DNA from: Bdellovibrionales bacterium
Lineage (GTDB): Bacteria > Bdellovibrionota > Bdellovibrionia > Bdellovibrionales > JAUICD01
DNA: 64,000 bases
Reading direction: 5' to 3'
NCBI GenBank assembly: GCA_965262715.1
Contig: OZ253553.1
Span: 736,001-800,000, forward strand
A model generated the notes under the pieces. It was not told the origin of the DNA. It ran no database searches and saw nothing but the letters and a program-made list of their open reading frames with translations. This document shows positions 9,511 to 19,896 of this stretch, in pieces; position 1 is the first letter of the stretch, and each line of letters opens with the position of its first letter. The position numbers were made by a program, and so were the translations under genes.

Positions 9511-10245
9511 ATGATTATTTATCAAAGTAAAAAAGGGTTATTACTTTTTTCATCTCTATTTATATTTGCGACTATTTCGGTTATTCTTTTTACTTTAATT
9601 CTTCAAAATGAAGGCAAAGTTACGGAAGCTGAAGAAACTCGCTATAGACTTTATGTGCGTGCTGATCAATTACGCCAAACCTCTGATGATCTAACTCGCA
9701 TGGCGAGGCTTTATGTTATTACAGGAGAGTCTAAATATAGAGAATACTTTCAAACTATTTTAGATATAAGAGATGGGATAAAACCACGCCCCAAAGACTA
9801 TTACAGGATTTACTGGGATTTTTACATTTCCACAGGAAAGCCCCCAAGAATTTCAGATAAAGCTATTTCTCTCCAAGAGTTAATGAAACGAGAAAAATTC
9901 ACAGAAAAAGAGCTTTTGTTTCTACAAGAAGCAGAAAGAATTTCTAATGAACTTGCTAAAATAGAAAAGCAAGCTATGGATATAATATCACAAGATGTTC
10001 CTGAGTTAGAGACAGCCCGTCAATTACTTTATGATGCTAAATATAATAGAATTAAAGAAGAGATCATGCGACCACTTGATAACTTTTTCGACTTAGTAGA
10101 AACAAGAACAACCGATACTCTAAGTCATTATAGAAATATTAGAAGAATACTAGATGCCTTGTTTATTATTACTCTTTGTCTCCTCTTTATATCTTTCATA
10201 TTTATTTCAAATAAAATTCTAGAAGAAGAAAAAGAGTTATCATAG
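9511..10245 (+). CDS. Membrane protein with an MCP/histidine-kinase-type periplasmic sensor domain and no output domain
   Basis: TM - ADQLRQTSDDLTRMARLYVITG…ILDIRDG.KPRP..Y..IYWD - TM - short tail. Confidence 0.7.
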   Translation: MIIYQSKKGLLLFSSLFIFATISVILFTLILQNEGKVTEAEETRYRLYVRADQLRQTSDDLTRMARLYVITGESKYREYFQTILDIRDGIKPRPKDYYRIYWDFYISTGKPPRISDKAISLQELMKREKFTEKELLFLQEAERISNELAKIEKQAMDIISQDVPELETARQLLYDAKYNRIKEEIMRPLDNFFDLVETRTTDTLSHYRNIRRILDALFIITLCLLFISFIFISNKILEEEKELS

Positions 10246-10578
10246 AGAATACAGTAATTCCCACGTAAGAATCCTTGCGCCATTTCTAACATAAGCTACT
10301 TGTTTACAAGACTTGCTCAAGTTTTTATTATTAGAAGCCATCTCAAAATTATTTCCTGTGCTCACGTTTCTAAAACAGCCTCTTAATTTAAGTATCGAAC
10401 TTATGTTTGCGATATTGATATATTAAGTTTATTGAGCTAGAAATAGGCTTATTTTCAAAAAAATACCTCTCATAAAAATCATACTTTGGATGAATCAAAA
10501 GCACAGTGTAAATTTGTCTTCAAAGAAAATTCCTGAGACTCCTCACAGGTTTGAAGACTTTTATTGCACTGCAAGGTA

Positions 10579-10655
10579 TGGTGAGCCGCCCTGGGCTCGA
10601 ACCAGGGACCCTCTGCTTAAAAGGCAGATGCTCTAACCAGCTGAGCTAGCGGCCC
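10579..10655 (-). tRNA. tRNA-Lys (anticodon UUU)
   Basis: GGGCCGCTAGCTCAGCTGGTTAGAGCATCTGCCTTTTAAGCAGAGGGTCCCTGGTTCGAGCCCAGGGCGGCTCACCA folds as a cloverleaf with encoded CCA. Confidence 0.97.
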
Positions 10656-10800
10656 ATTTTTTACTTTGATTGTTCATAAATATTTCTTTATGATCTTAAA
10701 CCAAGTAGCTTATAAATAGCATAAATGTTTTTTAGGAAATAACAAGTCACAAGTCAATAATAAGAATGAGAAGCCATCGATATTTTTTAAGGACATCCAA

Positions 10801-11532
10801 ATGAAGCAAAAAATAAGAAGAGTTATCGGACTGCATGCTTGTAAAGAAACATTGAAAATTCGACCTAAAAGTGTTGAGCTAGCTTATATCTCTAAGAATT
10901 GGCAATCATCTGATATGTTAAAAGACTTTCACGCTCTCTTAACACAACATAAAATTTCTGTAAGATATAAAAGTCAGAACTTTTTAAGAGGATGGCAAGG
11001 TATCGCCCTCGAGTCCAATCATTGGCCCCTTTGGAATTGGGATATTGTTAAAAATAACCAGCAGATGATCTTAGTGGCTATCGATAGCCTAGAAGACCCT
11101 CAAAATCTTGGTAATATTCTAAGATCTTCTTGGCTCTTTGGGGCTTATGGGGTTTTACTTTGTAAACATCATTGCGTGCACCTGACAGAGTCTGTGCATA
11201 AGATTGCTAGCGGGGCTGTAGAGCATGTTCCTGTAGAAATCGCATCTAATTTGTCAGATCAACTTCAAAAACTAAAGGATCTAGGGTTTTGGGTTTATGG
11301 CCTAGAAACTTATAAAGAAAAAGATACAAAATTATTATGCAATGAGGAATTTCCACAAAAAGTTGTCCTACTCGTAGGAGCAGAAGGTAAAGGTATACGT
11401 CAAAATGTTAAAAAAACATGTGATCAACTTTTAACCATCCCTCAAATCCAAAAAGATCATAGCCTGAACGCCTCTACAAGCCTGGCAATAGCCCTTTACG
11501 AAGTAGATAAAAATCTTATAGTAAAATCATAA
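10801..11532 (+). CDS. rlmB: TrmH/SpoU family rRNA methyltransferase (RlmB-like)
   Basis: EDPQNLGNILRS, GAEGKGIR, SLNAS motifs. Confidence 0.8.
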   Translation: MKQKIRRVIGLHACKETLKIRPKSVELAYISKNWQSSDMLKDFHALLTQHKISVRYKSQNFLRGWQGIALESNHWPLWNWDIVKNNQQMILVAIDSLEDPQNLGNILRSSWLFGAYGVLLCKHHCVHLTESVHKIASGAVEHVPVEIASNLSDQLQKLKDLGFWVYGLETYKEKDTKLLCNEEFPQKVVLLVGAEGKGIRQNVKKTCDQLLTIPQIQKDHSLNASTSLAIALYEVDKNLIVKS

Positions 11533-11813
11533 AATAACAATATAAACTATTGTAATAATTAATATTTTTATATATCTGGTTAGATTTTGGATTTTTTCCT
11601 AAGTTCTTATTTAAAAAAATAGGTTGATAGCAACTTTTTCTCGCGACTCATTGATACTTAGGCCAATACTTTACCCACTAGAAGCTTGTGTTGTCACAGC
11701 AAGGATTGGAATGATAAGAGCTGTATGATGAGAGTGTTACACACGGTTCTTGAGGATTTCAAAATTCCCCTATTCTACTAGTTTATTTTTCTGGTATAAG
11801 TATAAATTTGTCA

Positions 11814-12749
11814 TTATGCTTTTAGAAGTTTTTCTGGAGGGATATTGGATTTGAAAAGAGCTGTTTTAAAAGGTAAGGAGCGTCCAAGTTTTCTGCTAAG
11901 CCAATGATTGATTCTTATAAGTGAGTTAATATCTACACCTGTTTTATATCCTAGCCTTTCTAAAAAATACACAACAATTTCTGTAGCTACATTGCCTACT
12001 CGATGTTTTGAGTAAGGACATCCTCCAAGACCTCCAAGGCTACAGTCAAAAATAGAAATACCGTAATCTAAACTTTCTTTGATATTTGTAAGTGCCAACC
12101 CTCTGGTGTCATGAAAGTGCATGGCAATTTGATGAGGTGGTATTATCTTTAACAACACTGATAAGAGTTGATTAACTTCTTTTGGCGAGGCAGCTCCAAT
12201 AGTATCTCCAATAGAAATTTCATAACAGCCCATTTCTATGAGCTTTGTTGCTAATTGAACAACTCTATGAGGACCAATATAGCCTTCATAAGGACAATAA
12301 AAGGCTGTGCTGATATAACCTCTTAAACGGCATTTTTTAGGTAACATTTTTGTGATGTCCTTTAAGCGATTTAAACTTTCTGAAACAGAGCAGTTAATGT
12401 TTTTTTGAGTAAAAATTGTGCTTGCTGCTGTAAAAAAAGCAACTTCTTGAATACCCGAGAGAAGAGCTATTTCCATCCCTTTTGTGTTTGGAACAAGAGT
12501 AGAAAAAGAAATGTCCTTAGAAATTTTATTTTTCTTTTGTTGAGCTAAAATTGTTTGCGCTAACTCTAATGACCCTTCCATTTGAGGAACCCACTTTGGA
12601 GATACAAAAGCTCCTATCTCAATTCTTTTAAGGCCGGCAAGGCAAAGTCTTCTGATAAATTTTTCTTTGTTGGTTTGATCTAAAACAATGGATTCGTTTT
12701 GCAGGCCATCCCTGGGTCCCACTTCAACTAAAGTTATCTGTTTTGTCAT
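11814..12749 (-). CDS. hmgL: Hydroxymethylglutaryl-CoA lyase
   Basis: EVGPRDGLQNE, HFHDTRG, GGLGGCPY; ATGA overlap with the upstream stop sets the start at 12749. Confidence 0.93.
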   Translation of the reverse strand: MTKQITLVEVGPRDGLQNESIVLDQTNKEKFIRRLCLAGLKRIEIGAFVSPKWVPQMEGSLELAQTILAQQKKNKISKDISFSTLVPNTKGMEIALLSGIQEVAFFTAASTIFTQKNINCSVSESLNRLKDITKMLPKKCRLRGYISTAFYCPYEGYIGPHRVVQLATKLIEMGCYEISIGDTIGAASPKEVNQLLSVLLKIIPPHQIAMHFHDTRGLALTNIKESLDYGISIFDCSLGGLGGCPYSKHRVGNVATEIVVYFLERLGYKTGVDINSLIRINHWLSRKLGRSLPFKTALFKSNIPPEKLLKA

Positions 12750-14611
12750 TTTTTCTCCAAAGGTTTTAATTGTATGAGTATTTGCTCTTTTTCCACTTGT
12801 TGACCGCAAGTGACGTGAATAGACTTAATAACTCCATCTCTTTCTGATTTGATCAGATGTTCCATCTTCATAGCCTCTAAAGCTAAAAGTGTATCTCCTT
12901 TTTTAATAGAATCACCTTCTTTTACCATGACTTGAAGAACTTTTCCGGGTGTGAAAGTTAAAATATGATCTGGTACACTTTGGTGCTCATCTAGGCTGTC
13001 TTTATCAGCTCCACTGTAAGTCCAAGTAGCTCCTTGAAAATGCATCCAAAGATCTTGAGAGTCAAAACAAATATGTCCTTGCCTGTTTTTTCCATTAATA
13101 AAAAGTGTTAAAGTGTGAACTTGCACTTGAGGGTTTTTCCATTGATGAACATACGAGCTTTCAAAGATAGATGCTTTTTTATGAGCAGTTTTTCTTCTAC
13201 TTATAAACTGTTTTGCATGGTTTTGAAAAATTAACTGTGCATTTGAAAGAGCACCCTCCTCTTTTGGAGTTAATCCTTTTTTGAAATATTTATCAATAAA
13301 ATCAGTAGTGACAGCCCCTTTAAGAAAAATAGAATGTTCTAAAATAGCTTTAAGGTATTCAAAGTTAGTTTTTACACCAAAGACATAAGATTCATTGATA
13401 GTGTTTTTCATCTCTTGAATACAAGATGAGCGGTCTTTAGCCTTAATAATGATTTTTGCAAACATAGGATCATAAAATGAAGAGACTTCGTCACCGTCAT
13501 CTAAGCCATAATCAAAACGTCGATTGACACCACGAGACCATTTTTGAGATATTCGACCTGTACTAGGAAGGCCCTCCTTATAAGGATCTTCCGCATAAAC
13601 ACGGCATTCCATCACATGCCCTTGAGGCTTTAATTGAGATGAAGAAAATGGCAGCTTGTCTCCTTGTGCCACTTGAATTTGCGCTTTTACTAAGTCTACG
13701 TTTAAAAGCATTTCTGTAACAGGATGTTCTACTTGAAGACGTGTGTTCATTTCTAAAAAATAATAGTTTTCACCATCTAATAAAAACTCAACTGTTCCCG
13801 CTCCTACATAATTCACTGCTAAAGCCGCTTTAATAGCATCATCTGCCATTTTGGAATGGTGTTTTTGACATTCTAAAGCAGGAGACTCCTCTATGATTTT
13901 TTGATGCCTGCGTTGGACACTGCAATCACGTTCGAAAAGATGAATGATGTTGCCATGTGTATCTCCAAATATTTGAAACTCAATATGCCTAGCTTTTTCT
14001 ATATATTTTTCTAAAAAAACTTGATCAGAACCAAAAGCGGCTAATGACTCTCTCTTTGCAGAGTTTAATTGTTGAAGAAAGTCTTTTTCAGATCTAGCTA
14101 TCTTGATGCCACGCCCTCCTCCACCAAAGCTTGCTTTGATAAGAAGAGGAAATCCAATTTGCAATGCCATGCTCTTTAACTTTTCATCAGTTTGAACGGG
14201 GTCATGATAACCAGGAATGACAGACACACCTGCTTTCATCATGATTTTTCTAGCTGTTGTTTTATCTCCCATTTTGGCAATAGCTTCATAGGAAGGACCA
14301 ATAAAAGTGATACCAGCATCTTCCACAGCTTTAGCAAATTGAGCATTTTCAGATAAAAAACCAAATCCAGGGTGCAAGGCATCTGCTTGGACCTTAAGAG
14401 CTGCTGATATATTTGCCTCAATATTTAAATAGCTTTCTGAGGAGGGTGCTGGGCCAATACAGATGGTTTCGTCTGCTTGCCTAAAAGCTGCTGATTTTAT
14501 ATCAGCTTCCGAGTGCAGTAAAACCGTTGGGAATTGAAGCGCTTTACATGCCTTCAAAATCCTTAAGGCCACCTCTCCTCTATTAGCAATAGCAAGTTTT
14601 TTAAAGCTCAT
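12746..14611 (-). CDS. Biotin carboxylase/biotin-carrier subunit (likely methylcrotonyl-CoA carboxylase alpha)
   Basis: IANRGE, GGGGRG, EMNTRLQVEH, EAMKM; leucine catabolism context. Confidence 0.9.
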   Translation of the reverse strand: MSFKKLAIANRGEVALRILKACKALQFPTVLLHSEADIKSAAFRQADETICIGPAPSSESYLNIEANISAALKVQADALHPGFGFLSENAQFAKAVEDAGITFIGPSYEAIAKMGDKTTARKIMMKAGVSVIPGYHDPVQTDEKLKSMALQIGFPLLIKASFGGGGRGIKIARSEKDFLQQLNSAKRESLAAFGSDQVFLEKYIEKARHIEFQIFGDTHGNIIHLFERDCSVQRRHQKIIEESPALECQKHHSKMADDAIKAALAVNYVGAGTVEFLLDGENYYFLEMNTRLQVEHPVTEMLLNVDLVKAQIQVAQGDKLPFSSSQLKPQGHVMECRVYAEDPYKEGLPSTGRISQKWSRGVNRRFDYGLDDGDEVSSFYDPMFAKIIIKAKDRSSCIQEMKNTINESYVFGVKTNFEYLKAILEHSIFLKGAVTTDFIDKYFKKGLTPKEEGALSNAQLIFQNHAKQFISRRKTAHKKASIFESSYVHQWKNPQVQVHTLTLFINGKNRQGHICFDSQDLWMHFQGATWTYSGADKDSLDEHQSVPDHILTFTPGKVLQVMVKEGDSIKKGDTLLALEAMKMEHLIKSERDGVIKSIHVTCGQQVEKEQILIQLKPLEKK

Positions 14612-15399
14612 TGTTTTTCATTGGTTTGATTCCAAGAAGGTTTGCGTTTTTCTAAAAAGGCAGCTAAGCCCTCTTGACCTTCTTGACTGGAACAACATTT
14701 TTTAAAAAGATCAATGACTTCAGCTTCTAAATGAGTAAAATTGAATTTTTCTTTTTCACATTTTCTAATAAGAGATTTTGTATGTCTTACCGCTTGTCTG
14801 CCTACAGAAGAGAGTTTATGGCACTTATCCTGGATATATTGATCTACTTGATCGGGAGTGCCTACAAAATCTAAAAGACCTTTAGAAAATGCCATTTGAG
14901 CATCAAACTTTTCACCTGTAAGCATCAGCTCTAGTGCATGTGGTGGGTTGATCTTTCTACAAACAAAAAGACTGATAACAGCAGGTATAATACCTAACTT
15001 TACTTCACTAAATGCAAAAACAGTGTCCTTTGTTGCTGCCACTATATCACAGGCAGCGGTCAAACCAATACCTCCTCCAATAACATGACCGTGAATATGG
15101 CAAAGTACAGGGTGAGGACAATTATAGATAGTGCTTAAAAGATCATAAAGCACTCTGATATTAGATGTATTTTGAGGTGAATGAGCTGTGTTTTTAATCC
15201 AGGAGATGTCTCCTCCAGCACAAAAGCTTTTACCATTTCCTCTTAAAACAATAGCGGAGATATCAGATTGAAGCTGAGTGTCGGAGAAAACTTGAGTGAG
15301 TTCTTGCATTAACTCTGCATTGAGCGCATTTCTAACCTGTGGCCGGTTTAAGCTAATTGTCAAAATAGATTTTTCTTTTGAATATTCAACAGATGACAT
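14608..15399 (-). CDS. Enoyl-CoA hydratase (methylglutaconyl-CoA hydratase-like)
   Basis: FCAGGD, GGGIGL, FSEVKLGIIP. Confidence 0.9.
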   Translation of the reverse strand: MSSVEYSKEKSILTISLNRPQVRNALNAELMQELTQVFSDTQLQSDISAIVLRGNGKSFCAGGDISWIKNTAHSPQNTSNIRVLYDLLSTIYNCPHPVLCHIHGHVIGGGIGLTAACDIVAATKDTVFAFSEVKLGIIPAVISLFVCRKINPPHALELMLTGEKFDAQMAFSKGLLDFVGTPDQVDQYIQDKCHKLSSVGRQAVRHTKSLIRKCEKEKFNFTHLEAEVIDLFKKCCSSQEGQEGLAAFLEKRKPSWNQTNEKQ

Positions 15400-15491
15400 A
15401 AGAATCCTTTTGTTGTTTTTTTATGCATTTATACTACTATTAAATATTAAGATATTTCAAGCTCTAACATATTCACTCATTTTGTATTATT

Positions 15492-15570
15492 CAGGCAGTC
15501 CGGCAACCTGGCAGTCGAGCAATTAAGTTCCCGGCAAGTTATTTGCCGGATTGCGGGTCTTCCGGGGAAA
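15492..15570. repeat. Family-3 GC-rich CCGGCAA/TTGCCGG imperfect palindrome (others at 16308-16385, 26790-26825, 29040-29120, 41088-41156, 42251-42285, 43458-43535, 51931-51976)
   Basis: Arrays of 8-9-bp units such as TCCGGCAA…TTGCCGGA and CTCCCGG in AT-rich spacers. Confidence 0.7.
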
Positions 15571-15746
15571 AATATAAGAACTCTCTACTATTGATAATAA
15601 AAGAACTTTTTGTCAAATTTTCCAAACTTGATACATCAGTATTTTAAATCATCATTTTTAGAAATATAAGTTAAGAAAAAAAGCTGATTCTCCGATGTTG
15701 TAAGAAATAATATCCAAAATATAAACCCTCATTAAGGAGAATTAAA

Positions 15747-16277
15747 ATGAGACACTTAATATTGAGTTTATTGGTATTGGGCTTTTCTCAAAATCTGCAA
15801 GCAAAGTTAGGTGTAGATGAGCCTTCTAGCGAAAATAATGAAAGCAATAAAGAGTATTTAGAATGTGCAAATAGGATAGAGGCATCTGGTAAAGTGTATT
15901 TAGAATGTGTAAAAAGTGTAAAAGAAGAACCAGTAAAAAGTCTTTCAGCAGGAGTGGTTTTCAAAGAACCTAGATCAAGGGCCTCAGCCAATAATCAGCA
16001 GAAAGAGAATGTAAGAAAACCTGCACAACGAGAGACATCTAATGAGCAGATTTTCTCAGAGGCTCATTCTTGTGTTGCCCGTTTTACTAGTGATGGACTT
16101 CCTGACATTAAATGTAATGGGCAGAGGTTGAAATGGTTGGGAAAGAGTGATGGATTCACTAATGTGATCTCTCTTGCAAATCATTATTTAGCAGAAGCTG
16201 GCTTTATTCCTATTAATTGTTGGTCTGCATCAAGTTACAACTTTTACTGTATTTATCATAAACATTCACAGAATTAG
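15747..16277 (+). CDS. Secreted Cys-containing hypothetical protein
   Basis: AAGGAG RBS; signal peptide ending LQA; RKPA motif; paired Cys. Confidence 0.8.
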   Translation: MRHLILSLLVLGFSQNLQAKLGVDEPSSENNESNKEYLECANRIEASGKVYLECVKSVKEEPVKSLSAGVVFKEPRSRASANNQQKENVRKPAQRETSNEQIFSEAHSCVARFTSDGLPDIKCNGQRLKWLGKSDGFTNVISLANHYLAEAGFIPINCWSASSYNFYCIYHKHSQN

Positions 16278-16485
16278 TTAGTTATTTTACTAAAGATACT
16301 TCTAATGTTTCTGGCAATCTGACAACTGTTTTCGGCAACAGATGTCAGAGGCAGATTGCCGGTGTGCCAGACTCCCGGAGAAAATGAGAAAATATTTTTT
16401 TAAGGAATTTTCTTAAGAATGATATCACTGATAATAAGAGAACTTTTTTGGGTCGAATGCTGTCTCACTCAAAATAAACCAACCT

Positions 16486-16639
16486 CTGTTTCCCTAAAAA
16501 TGCCTCTCGCCTCTGGCGACTTTTTGGCATTGTCCCCAAACGAGCTTACACTGTTTGGTAAATAGGACAATGCCTAAAAAGCTTGAGGTATTTTTAGTAA
16601 GGCAGATACCTCTCGTTACTTAACACAATATTAGGGAAA
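16486..16639 (-). repeat. Family-1 element, inverted and divergent
   Basis: Reverse strand: P1 CTAAAAATACCTC/GAGGCATTTTTAG, P2 GGCATTGTCC/GGACAATGCC, P3 TCGCC-AGA-GGCGA. Confidence 0.85.
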
Positions 16640-16763
16640 ATCTGTCTTTAGATATTTAGTTTATTATCTCAAACTTGTTTACTTTGAGTAGAAGAGATAC
16701 TCTTTATTTCTTTATATCATATTAAGGAAATCATTTTTTTAAGAAGCTTTTCAAAAATTGCTT

Positions 16764-17804
16764 CTATTGATAATAAGAAAACTTCTTAGGATCAAATGCC
16801 TCTCTAATGGCTTCTCCGATGAAGGTGACCATAGTCAGGACAAAAGACATAGCAATCACTACAGATGCAACAATCCAAATGGAATCCATCTGTGACATTC
16901 CCTCTTTAAGAAGCTCTCCCCAGCTAGGTGTAGGCTTAGGAAGTCCATATCCTAAATAATCAAGTGCTGTTAATGCTGTGATACCATAAACAACAGAAAA
17001 TGGGATAAAAGTGATAATGATAGAAATGATGTTAGGTAAAATATGATGAAAAATAATTCTTGTGTGACTTGCTCCCATCGTTTTTGCGGCAAGGACATAC
17101 TCTCTTGCCTTCTCTTTATAAGTAGAAGTTCTCATATTCCATGTGATCTTTGTCCATTCAAAGAGAACCATAATGCCAATTAAAATAATCAGTGTAGGAG
17201 AAATGATAGATGCTACGATGATTACGACATAGAGTGCTGGAATATTCGACCAGATTTCTATGATCCTTTGGAAGAAGAGATCAAAACGTCCTCCTACATA
17301 ACCAATCAGACAACCCAGAACGATTCCAATAATGTAGTTTAAAAAAAGAAGAGCAAAAGAAAAAATGATGGCCACACGAAAGCCATAAAAAAGTCTAGCT
17401 AAAACATCTCTCCCTGATTTGTCTGTCCCTAAATAATGTTGATTTGCTGTAGATGGTGGATAGGGAGGGTACTTATCCTCCTGATAATCGTTCTCAAAAG
17501 GATTGTAGGGAACAGGTGGCATAATGACCCAGTTGTTTGTACCCTCAAGTTGTTTTTGGAGGTTCTTATAGTCAGTCTCATATTCGTAATCAAGTCCAAA
17601 GGTTATACCAGGAATAATACCACCATAGGTTGGGAAATAATAGTCACCATTGTATTTGACAACAAGAGCCCTCGAGTTGATCAATAGCTCAGCAAATAAA
17701 GAAAGGAATACAAAGATGGAAAAAATAATAAGAGAATAATAACCTCTTTTAATCGCTTTAAACTTTCGAATCTTTTTAAGAGTTAAAGGATTGAGTTTTA
17801 TCAT
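16764..17804 (-). CDS. ABC transporter permease (YejE/OppC type)
   Basis: LGTDKSGRDVLARLFYGFR; EAA loop; ATGA overlap with the upstream gene. Confidence 0.9.
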   Translation of the reverse strand: MIKLNPLTLKKIRKFKAIKRGYYSLIIFSIFVFLSLFAELLINSRALVVKYNGDYYFPTYGGIIPGITFGLDYEYETDYKNLQKQLEGTNNWVIMPPVPYNPFENDYQEDKYPPYPPSTANQHYLGTDKSGRDVLARLFYGFRVAIIFSFALLFLNYIIGIVLGCLIGYVGGRFDLFFQRIIEIWSNIPALYVVIIVASIISPTLIILIGIMVLFEWTKITWNMRTSTYKEKAREYVLAAKTMGASHTRIIFHHILPNIISIIITFIPFSVVYGITALTALDYLGYGLPKPTPSWGELLKEGMSQMDSIWIVASVVIAMSFVLTMVTFIGEAIREAFDPKKFSYYQ

Positions 17805-18808
17805 TCGAAGCGTATCCTTGGATCGATTAGGGCTACACAAATATCAGATAGGATATTGCCTAAAAAAAACAGTAGGGAAGAAATAACAAGAATTCCCATA
17901 ACAACAGGGTAGTCTCTTTGAACAATAGATTCATAACCTAAAAGACCTATGCCATCTATATTGAATATGGTTTCAATTAAAAAAGAACCTGTTATAAAAA
18001 AAGAGATATTATTTCCAAAATGTGTAGCAATAGGGATAAGACTATTTCGAAAGGCATGCCTTAAAACAGCCTTAGGAAAAGATAAGCCTTTTTGCAAAGC
18101 AGTTCTGACATAATCGGCAGAAAGATGATCCATCAATGAATTTTTCATCAATAAAGTTGTAAAGGCAAAACTGCCAGAAAGATAAGCTATTAAAGGTAAA
18201 GTGGCGTGATAAATGATATCCTTGCATTTTTCAAAGAAAGAAAAATCATCAAACTCATCGCTTGTAAATCCTTCCATAGGAAACCATTCCCATAAAGAGC
18301 CTAGCCAAACTAAAAGTATAACTCCTACAATATAGTTAGGAATAGCATAACCTAAAACTATAAATATGCTCGTTAAACTGTCGAAGATAGACCCATGATG
18401 GATGGCTTTAAATATCCCCAATGGGATGCAAATAAGATAAGTGATGAATATTGTCATGAGACCATAGAAAATAGAGATGGGCAGCCTCTCTTTAATAAGA
18501 CCCCAAACAGGTTCCACATAGCGAGTGGATTGTCCCAAATCTAAACGAAAAATATTTAATATCCAGTTGGCATAGGCAATAGGAATAGGCTTATCAAACC
18601 CATAATAGATCTCGAGATCGTGGAGTTGTTCTTTTGATAAAGAAGTTCCAGGTTCATCTAAACGCCCTTGATTAGCTTGCTGAGCTTGACTTAACATCAT
18701 TTCAATAGGGCCGCCTGGTACAATGCGAGTGATGGCAAAGACAATCAATGTCAGCCCTAAAAAAGTAGGAATGATCAATAAAAAACGTCTGAGAAAGTAA
18801 ACACCCAT
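17801..18808 (-). CDS. ABC transporter permease (YejB/OppB type)
   Basis: RRFLLIIPT, VPGGP, HAFRNSLIP, RDYPVV. Confidence 0.9.
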   Translation of the reverse strand: MGVYFLRRFLLIIPTFLGLTLIVFAITRIVPGGPIEMMLSQAQQANQGRLDEPGTSLSKEQLHDLEIYYGFDKPIPIAYANWILNIFRLDLGQSTRYVEPVWGLIKERLPISIFYGLMTIFITYLICIPLGIFKAIHHGSIFDSLTSIFIVLGYAIPNYIVGVILLVWLGSLWEWFPMEGFTSDEFDDFSFFEKCKDIIYHATLPLIAYLSGSFAFTTLLMKNSLMDHLSADYVRTALQKGLSFPKAVLRHAFRNSLIPIATHFGNNISFFITGSFLIETIFNIDGIGLLGYESIVQRDYPVVMGILVISSLLFFLGNILSDICVALIDPRIRFE

Positions 18809-18899
18809 ATTTAATAAGCTACAAAAAAAAACCGCAAACAACAAGTCTCTTTATTGAGTATTTAAAATATAGGAATTAGATGGTAAGATGACTTAGCGA

Positions 18900-19391
18900 T
18901 TTCCTTAACATTTTGTTAAGTAACGAGGAGAGTCTCCCTCCTAAAAATGGTCAGAGGTAAGGGGTGTATTGTTTTTTTTAGAAAAAACAGAGAAAAAAAT
19001 CTTTGAAGCAATGACTTTGGATATTTATGGCAAAATCTTGTAGTCCTCGGGCTATTGCCCTGCGGAAGAACAATCTTTTGCCATAAATATCCAGTTTTAT
19101 TTTGCTATAAAGATTTAGTGTGATTTGTAAGGAGAGGAGATAGGAAATAAGGTAAGTGATTTCCTTAACATGGTGTTAAGTAATGAGGAGAGTCTCCCTC
19201 TTAAAAATGAACAAGTTTTTGAGGCAGTCAGCATTTTCTTGAAGGTGTGAACCTTCAAGCTGACTACCCAAAAGTGGTCAGAGACCAGTTTATTTTTAGG
19301 GAAACAGCATTGCCCTATTTGCCAAACGGCGTGAGCCAGTTGGGGGGCAATGCCAGAAAGTGGCCAGAGGCCAGACTATTTTTAGGGAAAA
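18900..19391 (+). repeat. Cluster of family-1 elements (deleted copy 18900-18990, full copy 19160-19307, partial copy 19307-19391)
   Basis: TTTCCTTAACA starts; P2/P3 hairpins; TTTTAGGGAAA ends. Confidence 0.85.
19019..19092. repeat. Family-5 hairpin (inverted homolog at 53120-53195)
   Basis: 17-bp arms GGATATTTATGGCAAAA/TTTTGCCATAAATATCC. Confidence 0.85.
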
Positions 19392-19392
19392 G

Positions 19393-19896
19393 TTAGGCAC
19401 TCGCCGTGAAATAGAAAAGACGATGAAAGAAAGCTTTTTCTTTTTTTAGATCAAATCCAACCATCTCTCCACCTTTAAGTATAGATCTAAAAATATGAGA
19501 GAGAAGGTCAATTTCTATATCACTTCCATCTAAAGCAAGGGTTTCTTCTATGGCTTGAAAAACTTTATACAAGTCTGTTGTTGTAACAACCTTTGGTACT
19601 TCTCTCATATCTAAGCCATGGATAGGGTAAGGTTTGAAGCCAATGAGTTGTTGGGTTAGCAGAACTTTTGATCCGCTTGAAAAATCAATTTGTATAAAAT
19701 CTCTACGTTTAGAATCTTTGCGTAAAATCACATCACTGAGATTTTGAATACGTATAGGTAATGATTTGTTGTCTGAAAGTTGACTGATATTAATAGAGAG
19801 TTCATCACACCAATTTATAGCTAGACCTGGAGTCTTATCTATAAAATGGGCGATATTTTCAATTAACTTTTCTTGATGTAGGCTTGAGATATTCAA
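19393..19896 (-). CDS. Conserved hypothetical protein
   Basis: Globular-looking 167-aa ORF (GFKP…PKVVTTTDL). Confidence 0.7.
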   Translation of the reverse strand: MNISSLHQEKLIENIAHFIDKTPGLAINWCDELSINISQLSDNKSLPIRIQNLSDVILRKDSKRRDFIQIDFSSGSKVLLTQQLIGFKPYPIHGLDMREVPKVVTTTDLYKVFQAIEETLALDGSDIEIDLLSHIFRSILKGGEMVGFDLKKEKAFFHRLFYFTASA

